Assembly: GCA_964343845.1 (NCBI GenBank)
Contig: CAYFKW010000016.1
Span: forward strand, 19,718-83,717
Source: an uncultured Desulfobacula sp.
Lineage (GTDB): Bacteria > Desulfobacterota > Desulfobacteria > Desulfobacterales > Desulfobacteraceae
Direction of reading: 5' to 3'
DNA: 64,000 bases
Position 1 is the stretch's first letter, and each line of letters starts with the position of its first letter. The translations under genes were made by a program, and so were the position numbers. Shown piece by piece: positions 47,623 through 56,455 of this stretch. Under the pieces are notes generated by a model. The model worked only from the letters and a program-made list of their open reading frames with translations, was not told where the DNA came from and made no database searches.

Positions 47623-49029
47623 TTAAGCCAGAAATAATTTTTGAACATCCTTTAAATGGTCTGACATACACACCACGATCACCCGTTCATCTTTCTGAAT
47701 ATGAGTATCACCCACAGCAACCTGCCAGATGCCATCTCGATGAATCCCGCCGATCATGATCTTCCCATTGTAAAAAGGATCCAGTTTAGACAGCGGCTTC
47801 CGGGTAATCGGTGAATTAGCAGCAGCAATGATTTCAACCATTTCCGCATCAAATCCATGCAGGTGGGCAACAGAGAGCAGCTCGCCCCGGCGGATAAATT
47901 TAAGGATTTTATTACTGGCTAAAATCTTTTTATTCAGGGCAATATCAGACCCCATTGAAGAGGCAAGAACGACGTAATCTTCTTTGTTCACAAGGGCAAT
48001 GCATTTGCTTTGCTTCCCATTTTTATTTTTCTTGTTAGATGACATCAGATGCTTGGCAAGGACACAACTCATGATGTTGGTTTCATTTTCTCCCGTGGTT
48101 GTGACAAAAGTATCCATGTCTAACAGGCCGGCAGCGACAAGCGAATCAGAGTCAGACCCGTCCCCGTTTAATATTTCAGTATTTTTTAATGCATGTGAAA
48201 GCTCCTGGGCAGAGTGTTTGTTTTTTTCAAGCAGCCTTACTTCTACAGATTTGTCCAGTAATTCTGCCAGTCGGGAGCCTACATTTCCTCCACCAATTAT
48301 CATAACGCGATGGCGCTTCTGCTGTTCAACACCTGTTAAGCCCATCAACTGGCTTAAGTTTTCCCTGCTGGCCATAAAAAAGGCCTGGTCATGTGGTAAT
48401 AACTGGTCATCCCCGCTGGGAATCATTGTGGTAATCCCCCTGGCAATCGCAACAATTCTGAAAGGAAAATCCCGGTATTCTTGGGAGATATCTTTTAATG
48501 TCCTGTTTACCAGCGGCGATGTCTCATGAATCCGCGTGGCCATGGCCTGAATCTGCCCCTTGGCCACATCGATAATATCATTTCCAGCCCTTAATTTGAT
48601 TAATCTGAAAATTTCCTGAGCAGCCAGTTCTTCAGGATGGATAATCAGATCAATTTTTAAATCATCAGAGTTTAAAAGAGAATCCTCACCGCCAAAGTCC
48701 ATGGATCTTACCCTGGCAATTTTCCGGTGAATTCCAAATCGGTCGCCAATTAGACAGCTCATCATATTGACGGCATCATTATTGGTAACCGCAATTAAAT
48801 AATCCATTTTTCCAGCATCAACTTCACGCCAGCATTCTATACTCATGGCATTGCCCTGGATCAAACGGGCATCTATATTTCCATCTGCATAACTGACCAA
48901 ATTCCTGTCCGCTTCAATGGCAGTAATTGCATACCCTTCATGAACAAGTCGCTTGGCAAGATAATATCCAACACCACCCAATCCAAGGATTAAAATATTC
49001 GTTGATTTTGCCGGCTTGTTTCCAATCAT
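47623..49029 (-). CDS. trkA: Trk potassium uptake NAD-binding regulatory subunit
   Basis: Two RCK_N (GLGGVG, GGGNVG) plus RCK_C domains, IARVR, IIHPE; ATG 49029 after AAGGA (track start 49056). Confidence 0.93.
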   Translation of the reverse strand: MIGNKPAKSTNILILGLGGVGYYLAKRLVHEGYAITAIEADRNLVSYADGNIDARLIQGNAMSIECWREVDAGKMDYLIAVTNNDAVNMMSCLIGDRFGIHRKIARVRSMDFGGEDSLLNSDDLKIDLIIHPEELAAQEIFRLIKLRAGNDIIDVAKGQIQAMATRIHETSPLVNRTLKDISQEYRDFPFRIVAIARGITTMIPSGDDQLLPHDQAFFMASRENLSQLMGLTGVEQQKRHRVMIIGGGNVGSRLAELLDKSVEVRLLEKNKHSAQELSHALKNTEILNGDGSDSDSLVAAGLLDMDTFVTTTGENETNIMSCVLAKHLMSSNKKNKNGKQSKCIALVNKEDYVVLASSMGSDIALNKKILASNKILKFIRRGELLSVAHLHGFDAEMVEIIAAANSPITRKPLSKLDPFYNGKIMIGGIHRDGIWQVAVGDTHIQKDERVIVVCMSDHLKDVQKLFLA

Positions 49030-49342
49030 ATGGTATATACGTCCTTTTTCTTTCAATTGCCGGGTGACACCATGCCGTTATAAAAGGCATGACCCCTGCT
49101 GGAAACAAATACTAAATCCATTGTTTATTGTCAACGCTGTCGGCGCAGCAGCCAGCAAAAAAAAAACATTTTCCAGTAGAATTGATAAACTGGAAATGCG
49201 GGTGGGTGGTGTTTGTAAAAACTGTTTGAAAAAGAGTTGAATTAAGCTCAAAATTGGTTAGGATACAAAACATGTGTATGTCGGTATCAATTAAGGATGA
49301 GATGGATTTGAAAACCATGATAATTTCTGAAAGAGGGCGAAA

Positions 49343-50077
49343 ATGAGACTGGCAGTTATTTCTGATATTCATGGGAACCTGGAAGCCTTTACAAGTGTCT
49401 GGGAAGATATTAAATGTCAGAAGATTGATGAGATTATGTCCCTGGGAGATAATATCGGGTATGGTGCTGACTCTGAAAAAATTATGCAGCGCATCATGGC
49501 CCATGACATTCCAAGTGTCTGTGGTAATCATGAAATGGCAGCCCTAAATCAAAAGGTCCTTAAATGGTTTACCGGGGATGTAAGAAAAGCAGTTGAGCTG
49601 TCTATTTCAAGTTTGTCAAACGCATCGTTACAATATCTGCAGACAATGAAAATCAGTGTGTCCGACTCAGGCTGCCTTTTTGTCCACGGATTTCCCCCGG
49701 ACTCCTATCGCCTTTACCTGAACCAGGTGGGCATACCACAAATAATTGATGCCTTTAATGAAATGGAAGAACCTGTCTGTTTCGTGGGCCATACCCATAA
49801 GCTTCATCTGGTCTATCCAGAAAAGGATGAGGTTGCCTTCCAGAAAATGGATAAAGACATTGTATCTCTTGATAGGAATAAACAATATATTATCAATGCC
49901 GGCAGCGTTGGCCAGACAAGAGACGGGACAGTAGATGCAACATATGTTATCTGGGATTCTTCAGCCGGTCAAATTGAAATAAGGCGCATCAAATATGACA
50001 ATATCACGGCAGCAGAAAAGATAATCGCTGCCGGCATTCCTGAAAGGTTTGCACGATTTTTAGATCAACGCCTGTAA
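49343..50077 (+). CDS. Calcineurin-like metallophosphoesterase
   Basis: SDIHGN, LGDNIGYG, GNHE, VHG, GHTH, NAGSVGQ. Confidence 0.92.
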   Translation: MRLAVISDIHGNLEAFTSVWEDIKCQKIDEIMSLGDNIGYGADSEKIMQRIMAHDIPSVCGNHEMAALNQKVLKWFTGDVRKAVELSISSLSNASLQYLQTMKISVSDSGCLFVHGFPPDSYRLYLNQVGIPQIIDAFNEMEEPVCFVGHTHKLHLVYPEKDEVAFQKMDKDIVSLDRNKQYIINAGSVGQTRDGTVDATYVIWDSSAGQIEIRRIKYDNITAAEKIIAAGIPERFARFLDQRL

Positions 50078-50109
50078 TCAGAATCACCCCATTTGATTTA
50101 TAAGATTTA

Positions 50110-50242
50110 CCAGAAAGCGTTTCCGGTCCAGCCGATAATTGAAAGAAATGCATTTGTCATTGATGCCGTTCCGGCCACGCTTCCTTTAATCATCTGTGAT
50201 ATAGCATCCCTGTAAAGCGAAAACCTTACCGACATTGAGCTA
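50110..50242 (-). repeat. Full-length copy of the dispersed element, reverse orientation (copy F)
   Basis: Reverse complement TGTCGGTAAGGTTTTCGCTTTACAGGGATGCTATATCACAGATGATT...AATGACAAATGCATTTCTTTCAATTATCGGCTGGACCGGAAACGCTTTCTGG aligns with copy A end to end. Confidence 0.75.
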
Positions 50243-51592
50243 AATGGTGCAAACCCCTTTTACAAAATAAGTATCTACAATATCACTGGATGTCACAAAT
50301 CCCATTTCCATATCTACGACCCATGCGGCCCTCCGGGAACGGGTATCACCGGTCCAGATCCATTTCTGGACAGCGGAGAACGGGGAATCAAAGCAGAAAT
50401 CTTCTCCCGGTGGAGGGGGGGTCAATACAGATAAGATTTCATTAACGGTGGGAAGCCGCCAATGGGAATACCCCCCCGGCTTCAGCATATTGAGCTGTTC
50501 GATAAATGTATGAGCATCGTTAAAATTAACCGGCAGAGAAGATCCAGACTGCTGCCATGCCAAATGAGTGGATTCATCTATGATGATTTTGCTGCTCTTT
50601 TTCTCAAACCTGTTTTCGAAGTATACACGTGGACGGTTAAATGCATCAATCTCAAAAACAGATCTGGCATGTTTTACAAGGATTCGTCCAGGTTTTGATC
50701 TCAAAATGGCAGGCGGCAGGCTTTTTTCCTTCCCATTTGTCAATAAATCCTTTTCCAAAATACGACAGTCCATTTCTTTTTTCTGCTGCGTTTTTTGATA
50801 AAGGGTTTCCAATTCATCAATCATTGATGCAGCCGTCTGAAACCGGTGTTCGGGTTTCGGGTCAATAAATTTTAAAATGCAGCTGTCCCAATTGTCGTCT
50901 AAATCAGGATTAAAATGACTTGGAAGCTGTCTTTTTTCTTGAGGCAGGACACCGGTCAGCATTCTATAAAGCATTACACCAACTGAATATAGATCAGATC
51001 GATGATCTGCTTTTTCAGGATTTTTAATTTGTTCGGGTGACGTATAAAATGGGGTTCCAATTGTAATATCCTTTGGGTGATTTGATGCTTCCCCTCTCCG
51101 TTTTGATAAACCAAAATCTGCGATTTTAATCGATCCAGTATCTGTCAGCATCATGTTAAAAGGTTTGATATCCCGATGGATAATACCTTCTTTGTGCAGC
51201 GCTGACAGTCCTTTCAACGATTCAATACAATACGCCACTGCTTTTTTAAGTGTCACTATCCTTGAAGGCCTGTCTGCCCAGTATGTTTCGCCGATTAACG
51301 TACCAAGATTGCGGCAGAAGTATTCCATTAAATAAAAGGGTGTCTGATGTTCTTTTTCAAGCGCCAGGACGGTTACAATGTTGGGATGGTGTATGTTGGC
51401 AATAATGGTTGCTTCATGAATAAATTGATCCAGAAGCCATCTGGCACCCATTTTATTGATCAGGGTTTGACTGGGCTTTAACAGCTTAAGTGCAGCTAAA
51501 GTCCCTGAATCCGGTATGATCACCTTATATACCTGGCCCATAGACCCTCTGCCGAGGATAGATCTGATTTGGTATTTCCCAATTGATTTTAT
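50240..51592 (-). CDS. Ser/Thr protein kinase with C-terminal DUF1566 (Lcl) domain; probable non-canonical ATA start
   Basis: ALK, HRDIKPFN, DFG, SPEQ, SDLYSVG, then LAWQQS...WRLPTVNE...WIWTG. The frame extends 5' of ATG 51541 as ATA-K-S-I-G-K-Y-Q-I-R-S-I-L-G-R-G-S-M, with AGGAAGGG upstream. Confidence 0.85.
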   Translation of the reverse strand: MKSIGKYQIRSILGRGSMGQVYKVIIPDSGTLAALKLLKPSQTLINKMGARWLLDQFIHEATIIANIHHPNIVTVLALEKEHQTPFYLMEYFCRNLGTLIGETYWADRPSRIVTLKKAVAYCIESLKGLSALHKEGIIHRDIKPFNMMLTDTGSIKIADFGLSKRRGEASNHPKDITIGTPFYTSPEQIKNPEKADHRSDLYSVGVMLYRMLTGVLPQEKRQLPSHFNPDLDDNWDSCILKFIDPKPEHRFQTAASMIDELETLYQKTQQKKEMDCRILEKDLLTNGKEKSLPPAILRSKPGRILVKHARSVFEIDAFNRPRVYFENRFEKKSSKIIIDESTHLAWQQSGSSLPVNFNDAHTFIEQLNMLKPGGYSHWRLPTVNEILSVLTPPPPGEDFCFDSPFSAVQKWIWTGDTRSRRAAWVVDMEMGFVTSSDIVDTYFVKGVCTI

Positions 51593-51847
51593 GATATATT
51601 CCCTTCCTGTGCCAATGACTGGTTAATCAAATTTATTTCAATTATCTTTTTTGGTTTTGTTTATTTTAGCGGATGGGGTTTTTTTATTCAAGCTTGTAAA
51701 GCGTTATATGGCCGAACAGCGGGTAGTATGAGGTTTGATCAGGGTGTTTTATCAAACACTAAATTTGACTTTACTGAACAATGGATTATTTTTTTGAATA
51801 AGATTCTTACTTTTTTCCAATCGACACATCAACCATAAGGAGGAATC

Positions 51848-52078
51848 ATGACAACATATACGTGTAAAACATGCGGGAAAATATCAGATGAAGGCGGTCA
51901 CCTGTGCGATCCGACTGAAGCCGGTGATCTATATACATGTGAAAGCTGCGGCCAGCAGGCAAAAAAGAAAAAACATCTCTGCAAACCTCAGGTAGCCAAG
52001 TTTGAGTTTTACTGCGGCGGATGCGGCAGAGGGTCTGTTGATAAAGACAAATTATGTGATCCAAAACAGATGAAATAG
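51848..52078 (+). CDS. Small Cys-rich protein with three CxxCG-x7-LCxP repeats
   Basis: CKTCGKISDEGGHLCDP, CESCGQQAKKKKHLCKP, CGGCGRGSVDKDKLCDP; AAGGAGGA RBS. Confidence 0.88.
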   Translation: MTTYTCKTCGKISDEGGHLCDPTEAGDLYTCESCGQQAKKKKHLCKPQVAKFEFYCGGCGRGSVDKDKLCDPKQMK

Positions 52079-52147
52079 CAGGAGATGTTTAAAGGCTTTA
52101 GACGTAAATATTAATTCAGACAGGCCTGTTTTCAATCAGATTGTGAT

Positions 52148-53221
52148 ATGACAGAAAACCTTTGGTACCTTTGCGGCAGAAAAGCCTTTAACCATATTAA
52201 AGAAAAAGGACTGTCACAGGAAGATGTAAGTATTTGCATTGGTGCGTCCGGTGCTGCCAAGTGGCTGGTGTTATGCGGACTTGATAAGGCTGTTTATTCA
52301 GAGTGGTTTAAAAATCGCACATCACCCCTATATCTGTATGGTACATCAATTGGTGCGTGGAAATTGGCAGCAGCAGCCCAGAAAAACTGTGCAGACGCCT
52401 TTGACAGGCTTGCGTATGCCTATGCCCATCAGGTATATAAAGGAAAAATCACCCCTCAGAAAATATCATTAGAATCAGGCAGGATTATCAACCGTTTCCT
52501 TTCCCGGAAAAATATTCAGGAGATTTTGTCTCACCCTTTCATGAGATTGAGTTTCAGTGCTGTAAGATGCAAAAGTCTGATGGCCAGCGAAAATCCCTTT
52601 TTACTGTCTGCAGGGATGCTTGCGGCATTTTTAATAAATTTGAAAAACAGGCGCCTGCAAAAAATTTTTTTTGAACGAACGCTTTTCCGGGACGCCAGAA
52701 GTCAGATTGATCTGTTGAACATGAAAGATTTTGTTCTGAACTCCGTTGTTCTGTGCCAGGAGAATTTTAAACAGGCACTGCTTGCAAGCGGGTCTATCCC
52801 ATTAATCATGGATGGTATAAAACAGATACCTGATGCTCCCAAAGGAATATACAGGGATGGCGGTGTGCTGGATTATCATCCTGTTTTTCCTTTTTCTGAA
52901 AAATCAGAAAACAAGATTATGCTGTATCCTCATTTTTATCCCTCTCTAATACCGGGCTGGTTTGATAAAAAACTGGTTAAACGGCGGGCGCAGGGAGATC
53001 TTTTAGACAATGTCCTGATCCTTACCCCATCACCTGAATTTATCTCACAACTTCCCTATGGCAGGATTCCTGACCGCAAGGATTTTCACCGAATGGAAGG
53101 TAAAGATAAAGAACGGATACGGTTTTGGATGAAAGTTGTCCACATGAGCCATTGCCTGGGGGAAGACTTTCTCAACGCGGTCGAAACAGGAAAAATAAAA
53201 TCAAAAATTAAAAAAATATGA
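52148..53221 (+). CDS. Patatin-like phospholipase family protein
   Basis: GASGAAK, GTSIG (GxSxG), ASGSIP, RDGG. Confidence 0.85.
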   Translation: MTENLWYLCGRKAFNHIKEKGLSQEDVSICIGASGAAKWLVLCGLDKAVYSEWFKNRTSPLYLYGTSIGAWKLAAAAQKNCADAFDRLAYAYAHQVYKGKITPQKISLESGRIINRFLSRKNIQEILSHPFMRLSFSAVRCKSLMASENPFLLSAGMLAAFLINLKNRRLQKIFFERTLFRDARSQIDLLNMKDFVLNSVVLCQENFKQALLASGSIPLIMDGIKQIPDAPKGIYRDGGVLDYHPVFPFSEKSENKIMLYPHFYPSLIPGWFDKKLVKRRAQGDLLDNVLILTPSPEFISQLPYGRIPDRKDFHRMEGKDKERIRFWMKVVHMSHCLGEDFLNAVETGKIKSKIKKI

Positions 53222-53266
53222 ACAAATGTTCGTTTTGTTGATTCTGGAGTTTATACATGGTATGGT
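53218..53266 (+). promoter_or_regulatory. Promoter and putative operator of the tetR gene
   Basis: ATGAACAAATGTTCGT (53218-53233), then TTGATT (53238-53243), 17 nt, TATGGT (53261-53266). Confidence 0.6.
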
Positions 53267-53326
53267 CCTTTTAAATCTACGGGATCGTAAGGTCCAATTA
53301 TCAGCATAAAAGAGAAATAAAAGCGA

Positions 53327-54016
53327 ATGGACTATAAGGAATTTAAGAAAAAATACGGTGCGTCACGCCGGGAAATAGCCAGAGCAGTATTTTTGGAAAA
53401 CCAAAATGCCATGCAGATCAAAAAGGAAAAGACAGCTATACAGAATTTGGAAAAAATTTTTAATGCTGTTTTCAGCATTACATATAAAAAAGGCTTTCAG
53501 GCAATGAGCATGAGGGACCTAAGCCAGAAAACAGGCATGAGTCTTGGCGCACTTTATGCGTACTTCCCAAGCAAGGAAAAACTGCTGGGGATCATCCAGA
53601 AACAAGGGTGGGCTTTGATAAAAAGCAAATTAAATCCTGCTGCTTTAAGCCATAACGATTGTCTGGAAAAATTAAAGGCAGTGATTAAAGCACATGTCTA
53701 TCTTTCTGAAATGTTCAGGCCCTGGTTTTATTTTACCTTCATGGAAGCAAGGCAGCTTAAACCGGCAGAGTTTGAATCTGTCAAATCTATGGAGAGATAC
53801 ACTCAGAAAACGCTGAAAGATATTCTGGTGCTTGGCGAAAATCAAAAGGTTTTCAGCTCCGGAAACCACGACTTAACAGCAAGCTTAATCAAATCCATGC
53901 AGCAGGACTGGTACTTGAAACGCTGGAAATACCGGAAAATGAAAGTGACCCCAGATCAATTCGCAGACCATTTGATTTCCATGGTCACACCTTTGGTTCT
54001 CAGGCCAGGCGCTTAA
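53327..54016 (+). CDS. TetR/AcrR-family transcriptional regulator
   Basis: HTH KGFQAMSMRDLSQKTGMSLGALYAYFPSKEKLL. Confidence 0.93.
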   Translation: MDYKEFKKKYGASRREIARAVFLENQNAMQIKKEKTAIQNLEKIFNAVFSITYKKGFQAMSMRDLSQKTGMSLGALYAYFPSKEKLLGIIQKQGWALIKSKLNPAALSHNDCLEKLKAVIKAHVYLSEMFRPWFYFTFMEARQLKPAEFESVKSMERYTQKTLKDILVLGENQKVFSSGNHDLTASLIKSMQQDWYLKRWKYRKMKVTPDQFADHLISMVTPLVLRPGA

Positions 54017-54030
54017 TTGTTTAAAAAATA

Positions 54031-54082
54031 ATGAACGTTCGTTCATGTTTTCCTTGACATGGCTTTTCTCACTGCATAAGAT
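54031..54082 (+). promoter_or_regulatory. Palindromic operator and sigma70 promoter of the acyl-CoA dehydrogenase operon
   Basis: ATGAACG-TT-CGTTCAT (54031-54046), TTGACA (54054-54059), 17 nt, TAAGAT (54077-54082). Confidence 0.75.
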
Positions 54083-54123
54083 ATTTCTATTCTTATTTGG
54101 GAAACGCAACAGAGGAGAAACCA

Positions 54124-55323
54124 TTGGATTTTACAATTTCAGATAACATTAAGACCATCGTGGGCAGGATCGATGAATTTGTAGACAAAGAACTGATCCC
54201 CCTGGAACCGGAATTCTTGACAAAAGATTTTAAAGACCTGTTACCTGTTCTCAGGGAAAAACAGGATATGGTAAGAAAAATGGGGCTTTGGGCTCCAAAC
54301 TTCCCTTCTGAATGCGGGGGGATGGGCCTGTCTCTTCTTGAACATGGTTTTGTGTCCGAAGCCCTGGGCCGGTCTCCTCTCGGGCATTACGTGTTCTGGA
54401 GTCAGGCACCGGATGCGGGTAATGTTGAAATTCTGTACAGCCACGGGACCAGAGAACAGAAAGAAAAATTTCTTAATCCATTGGTTAAAGGAAATATCCG
54501 CTCCTGTTTTGCGATGACAGAGGTTGATATGCCAGGTTCCAATCCTGTAATGATGGAAACAACAGCCGTAAAAGATGGTGACGATTACATCATTAATGGC
54601 CATAAGTGGTATACCACAGGAGCAGATGGATCAGATTTTGCCATAACCATGGCCATCACCAATCCGGATGCACCCGCTTATTCGCAGGCCAGTATGATTA
54701 TTGTCCCAACACAGACCCCGGGGTTCAGGCTGATCCGAAATATCCCTTTTATGGGACATTCAGGCAGTGACTGGGAAAGTCATGGTGAAGTCATTTTTGA
54801 ATCCTGTCGAGTTCCGCAAAAGAACCTTCTAGGGACAGAGGGCAACGGATTTATCATTGCCCAGGACCGGCTGGGACCCGGTCGGATCCACCATTGCATG
54901 CGATGGATTGGTATCTGCAAAAGGGCTTTTGAGCTGATGTGCAGACGGGCGAATCAAAGGGTCATCACTCCGGAAGGTAAAACATTGGGTTCCCGTCAGA
55001 CAATACAAAACTGGATAGCCGAATCTTCGGCAGAGTTGGAATCTGCGAGGCTTTTAACCTTAAATGCCGCCTGGCAGATCGATCGTTCCGGTGCTGCAGC
55101 AGCGCGAAATGCCATTTCAATGATCAAGTTTATGGTTGCCAATACAATGGGGAAAATTATTGATCGATCCTTGCAGGTCCATGGCGGACTTGGTATGACA
55201 GATGATACTATTTTAGCGTTTTTATATCGTTTCGAGCGGGCAGCCAGAATTTACGACGGAGCTGATGAGGTCCACAAAACAGCTTTGGCAAAGCGAATAT
55301 TGAAAACCTATCAGCAGGGTTAG
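54124..55323 (+). CDS. Acyl-CoA dehydrogenase (ACAD11/LvaC-like group)
   Basis: APDAGNVEIL, FAMTE, GHKWYTTG, GPGRIHHCMR, RIYDGADEVH; TTG 54124 after GAGGAG (track start 54097). Confidence 0.92.
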   Translation: MDFTISDNIKTIVGRIDEFVDKELIPLEPEFLTKDFKDLLPVLREKQDMVRKMGLWAPNFPSECGGMGLSLLEHGFVSEALGRSPLGHYVFWSQAPDAGNVEILYSHGTREQKEKFLNPLVKGNIRSCFAMTEVDMPGSNPVMMETTAVKDGDDYIINGHKWYTTGADGSDFAITMAITNPDAPAYSQASMIIVPTQTPGFRLIRNIPFMGHSGSDWESHGEVIFESCRVPQKNLLGTEGNGFIIAQDRLGPGRIHHCMRWIGICKRAFELMCRRANQRVITPEGKTLGSRQTIQNWIAESSAELESARLLTLNAAWQIDRSGAAAARNAISMIKFMVANTMGKIIDRSLQVHGGLGMTDDTILAFLYRFERAARIYDGADEVHKTALAKRILKTYQQG

Positions 55324-55369
55324 AATTTACGATGAAGGCATAAGATATTCAACTATAAAGGAAATCATT

Positions 55370-56434
55370 ATGCACCAGACAGATACTGCTGTACCTGTCC
55401 GGCAGGGAGAAGAAATAGATCCGCTGGCAGTCAAAGATTTTCTGCAGAAAAAAATCGGCCTTGATGGTGATATTGCCATCTCCCAGTTCCCATACGGGTA
55501 TTCTAATTTAACCTATCAGATTGCTCTGGGGAACAAAATGCTGGTTTTGAGAAGGCCTCCCATCGGTGTGAATGTTGAAAAAGGCCATGATATGGACCGG
55601 GAATATAACGTGCTGAAGGCACTTCATCCTGTATTCCCCTACTGCCCGGAACCGCTTGTATTTACGAACGATACATCGATTATCGGTGCCCCTTTTTTTA
55701 TCATGGAGAAACAATCCGGCATTATCCTCAGAAAAGATCTGCCCAGAGGATTAAATTTTTCAGCCAGACAGGCACATGAGTTATGCGGCTGCCTGACAGA
55801 TGTTTTTGCGGATATCCATGGTATTGATGTTAAAAAGCTGGGGCTGGATTTTTTAGGAAAGCCCGAAGGGTATGCAGAACGCCAGGTGAAAGGGTGGATA
55901 CACCGGTATCAAAAATCTGTCACAAAAGATGCGCCCGACTTTGAAACAGTGATGGAGTGGCTGATCGATAAACTGCCGGAGGACACAAAAAATCCGACCA
56001 TTGTTCATAATGATTACAAATTTGACAATGTTGTCCTTGACCCTGTGCATCCTGAAAAGATCATTGGTGTGCTCGACTGGGAAATGGCAACCTATGGAGA
56101 TCCGCTGATGGATCTTGGCAATTCTCTAGCGTACTGGGTGGAAAAAGATGATCCGGATGATATGCAGGCGATCCGGTCGATGCCTACCAACATGACGGGT
56201 GCGATGACCAGGAAACAAATCTTGGATCACTATGAAAAAAAGACAGGCAGAAGTACGCGCCAGTTTGATTTTTATTATATCTTTGGCTTGTTTCGGCTGG
56301 CAGTAATTGCGCAGCAGATCTATTATCGGTATTTTCATAAAATTACCAGAAACAAACGGTTTGCCATGTTGATTTTTGCAGTCATCATTCTTGAAAAAAC
56401 AGCTGTGAAGGCAATGGCGTCGTCAGATCTATAA
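55370..56434 (+). CDS. APH-family phosphotransferase (ACAD10/11- and LvaA-like)
   Basis: QFPYGYSNLTY, VLRRPP, HDMDREY, HNDYKFDN, VLDWEMAT, GDPLMDLG. Confidence 0.92.
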   Translation: MHQTDTAVPVRQGEEIDPLAVKDFLQKKIGLDGDIAISQFPYGYSNLTYQIALGNKMLVLRRPPIGVNVEKGHDMDREYNVLKALHPVFPYCPEPLVFTNDTSIIGAPFFIMEKQSGIILRKDLPRGLNFSARQAHELCGCLTDVFADIHGIDVKKLGLDFLGKPEGYAERQVKGWIHRYQKSVTKDAPDFETVMEWLIDKLPEDTKNPTIVHNDYKFDNVVLDPVHPEKIIGVLDWEMATYGDPLMDLGNSLAYWVEKDDPDDMQAIRSMPTNMTGAMTRKQILDHYEKKTGRSTRQFDFYYIFGLFRLAVIAQQIYYRYFHKITRNKRFAMLIFAVIILEKTAVKAMASSDL

Positions 56435-56455
56435 TTACGGGGGAGGAAAATAAAA

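Noticed and set aside
45998-49029. trkH and trkA convergent instead of operonic
   Set aside because: Both genes are intact and the arrangement alone implies nothing new.
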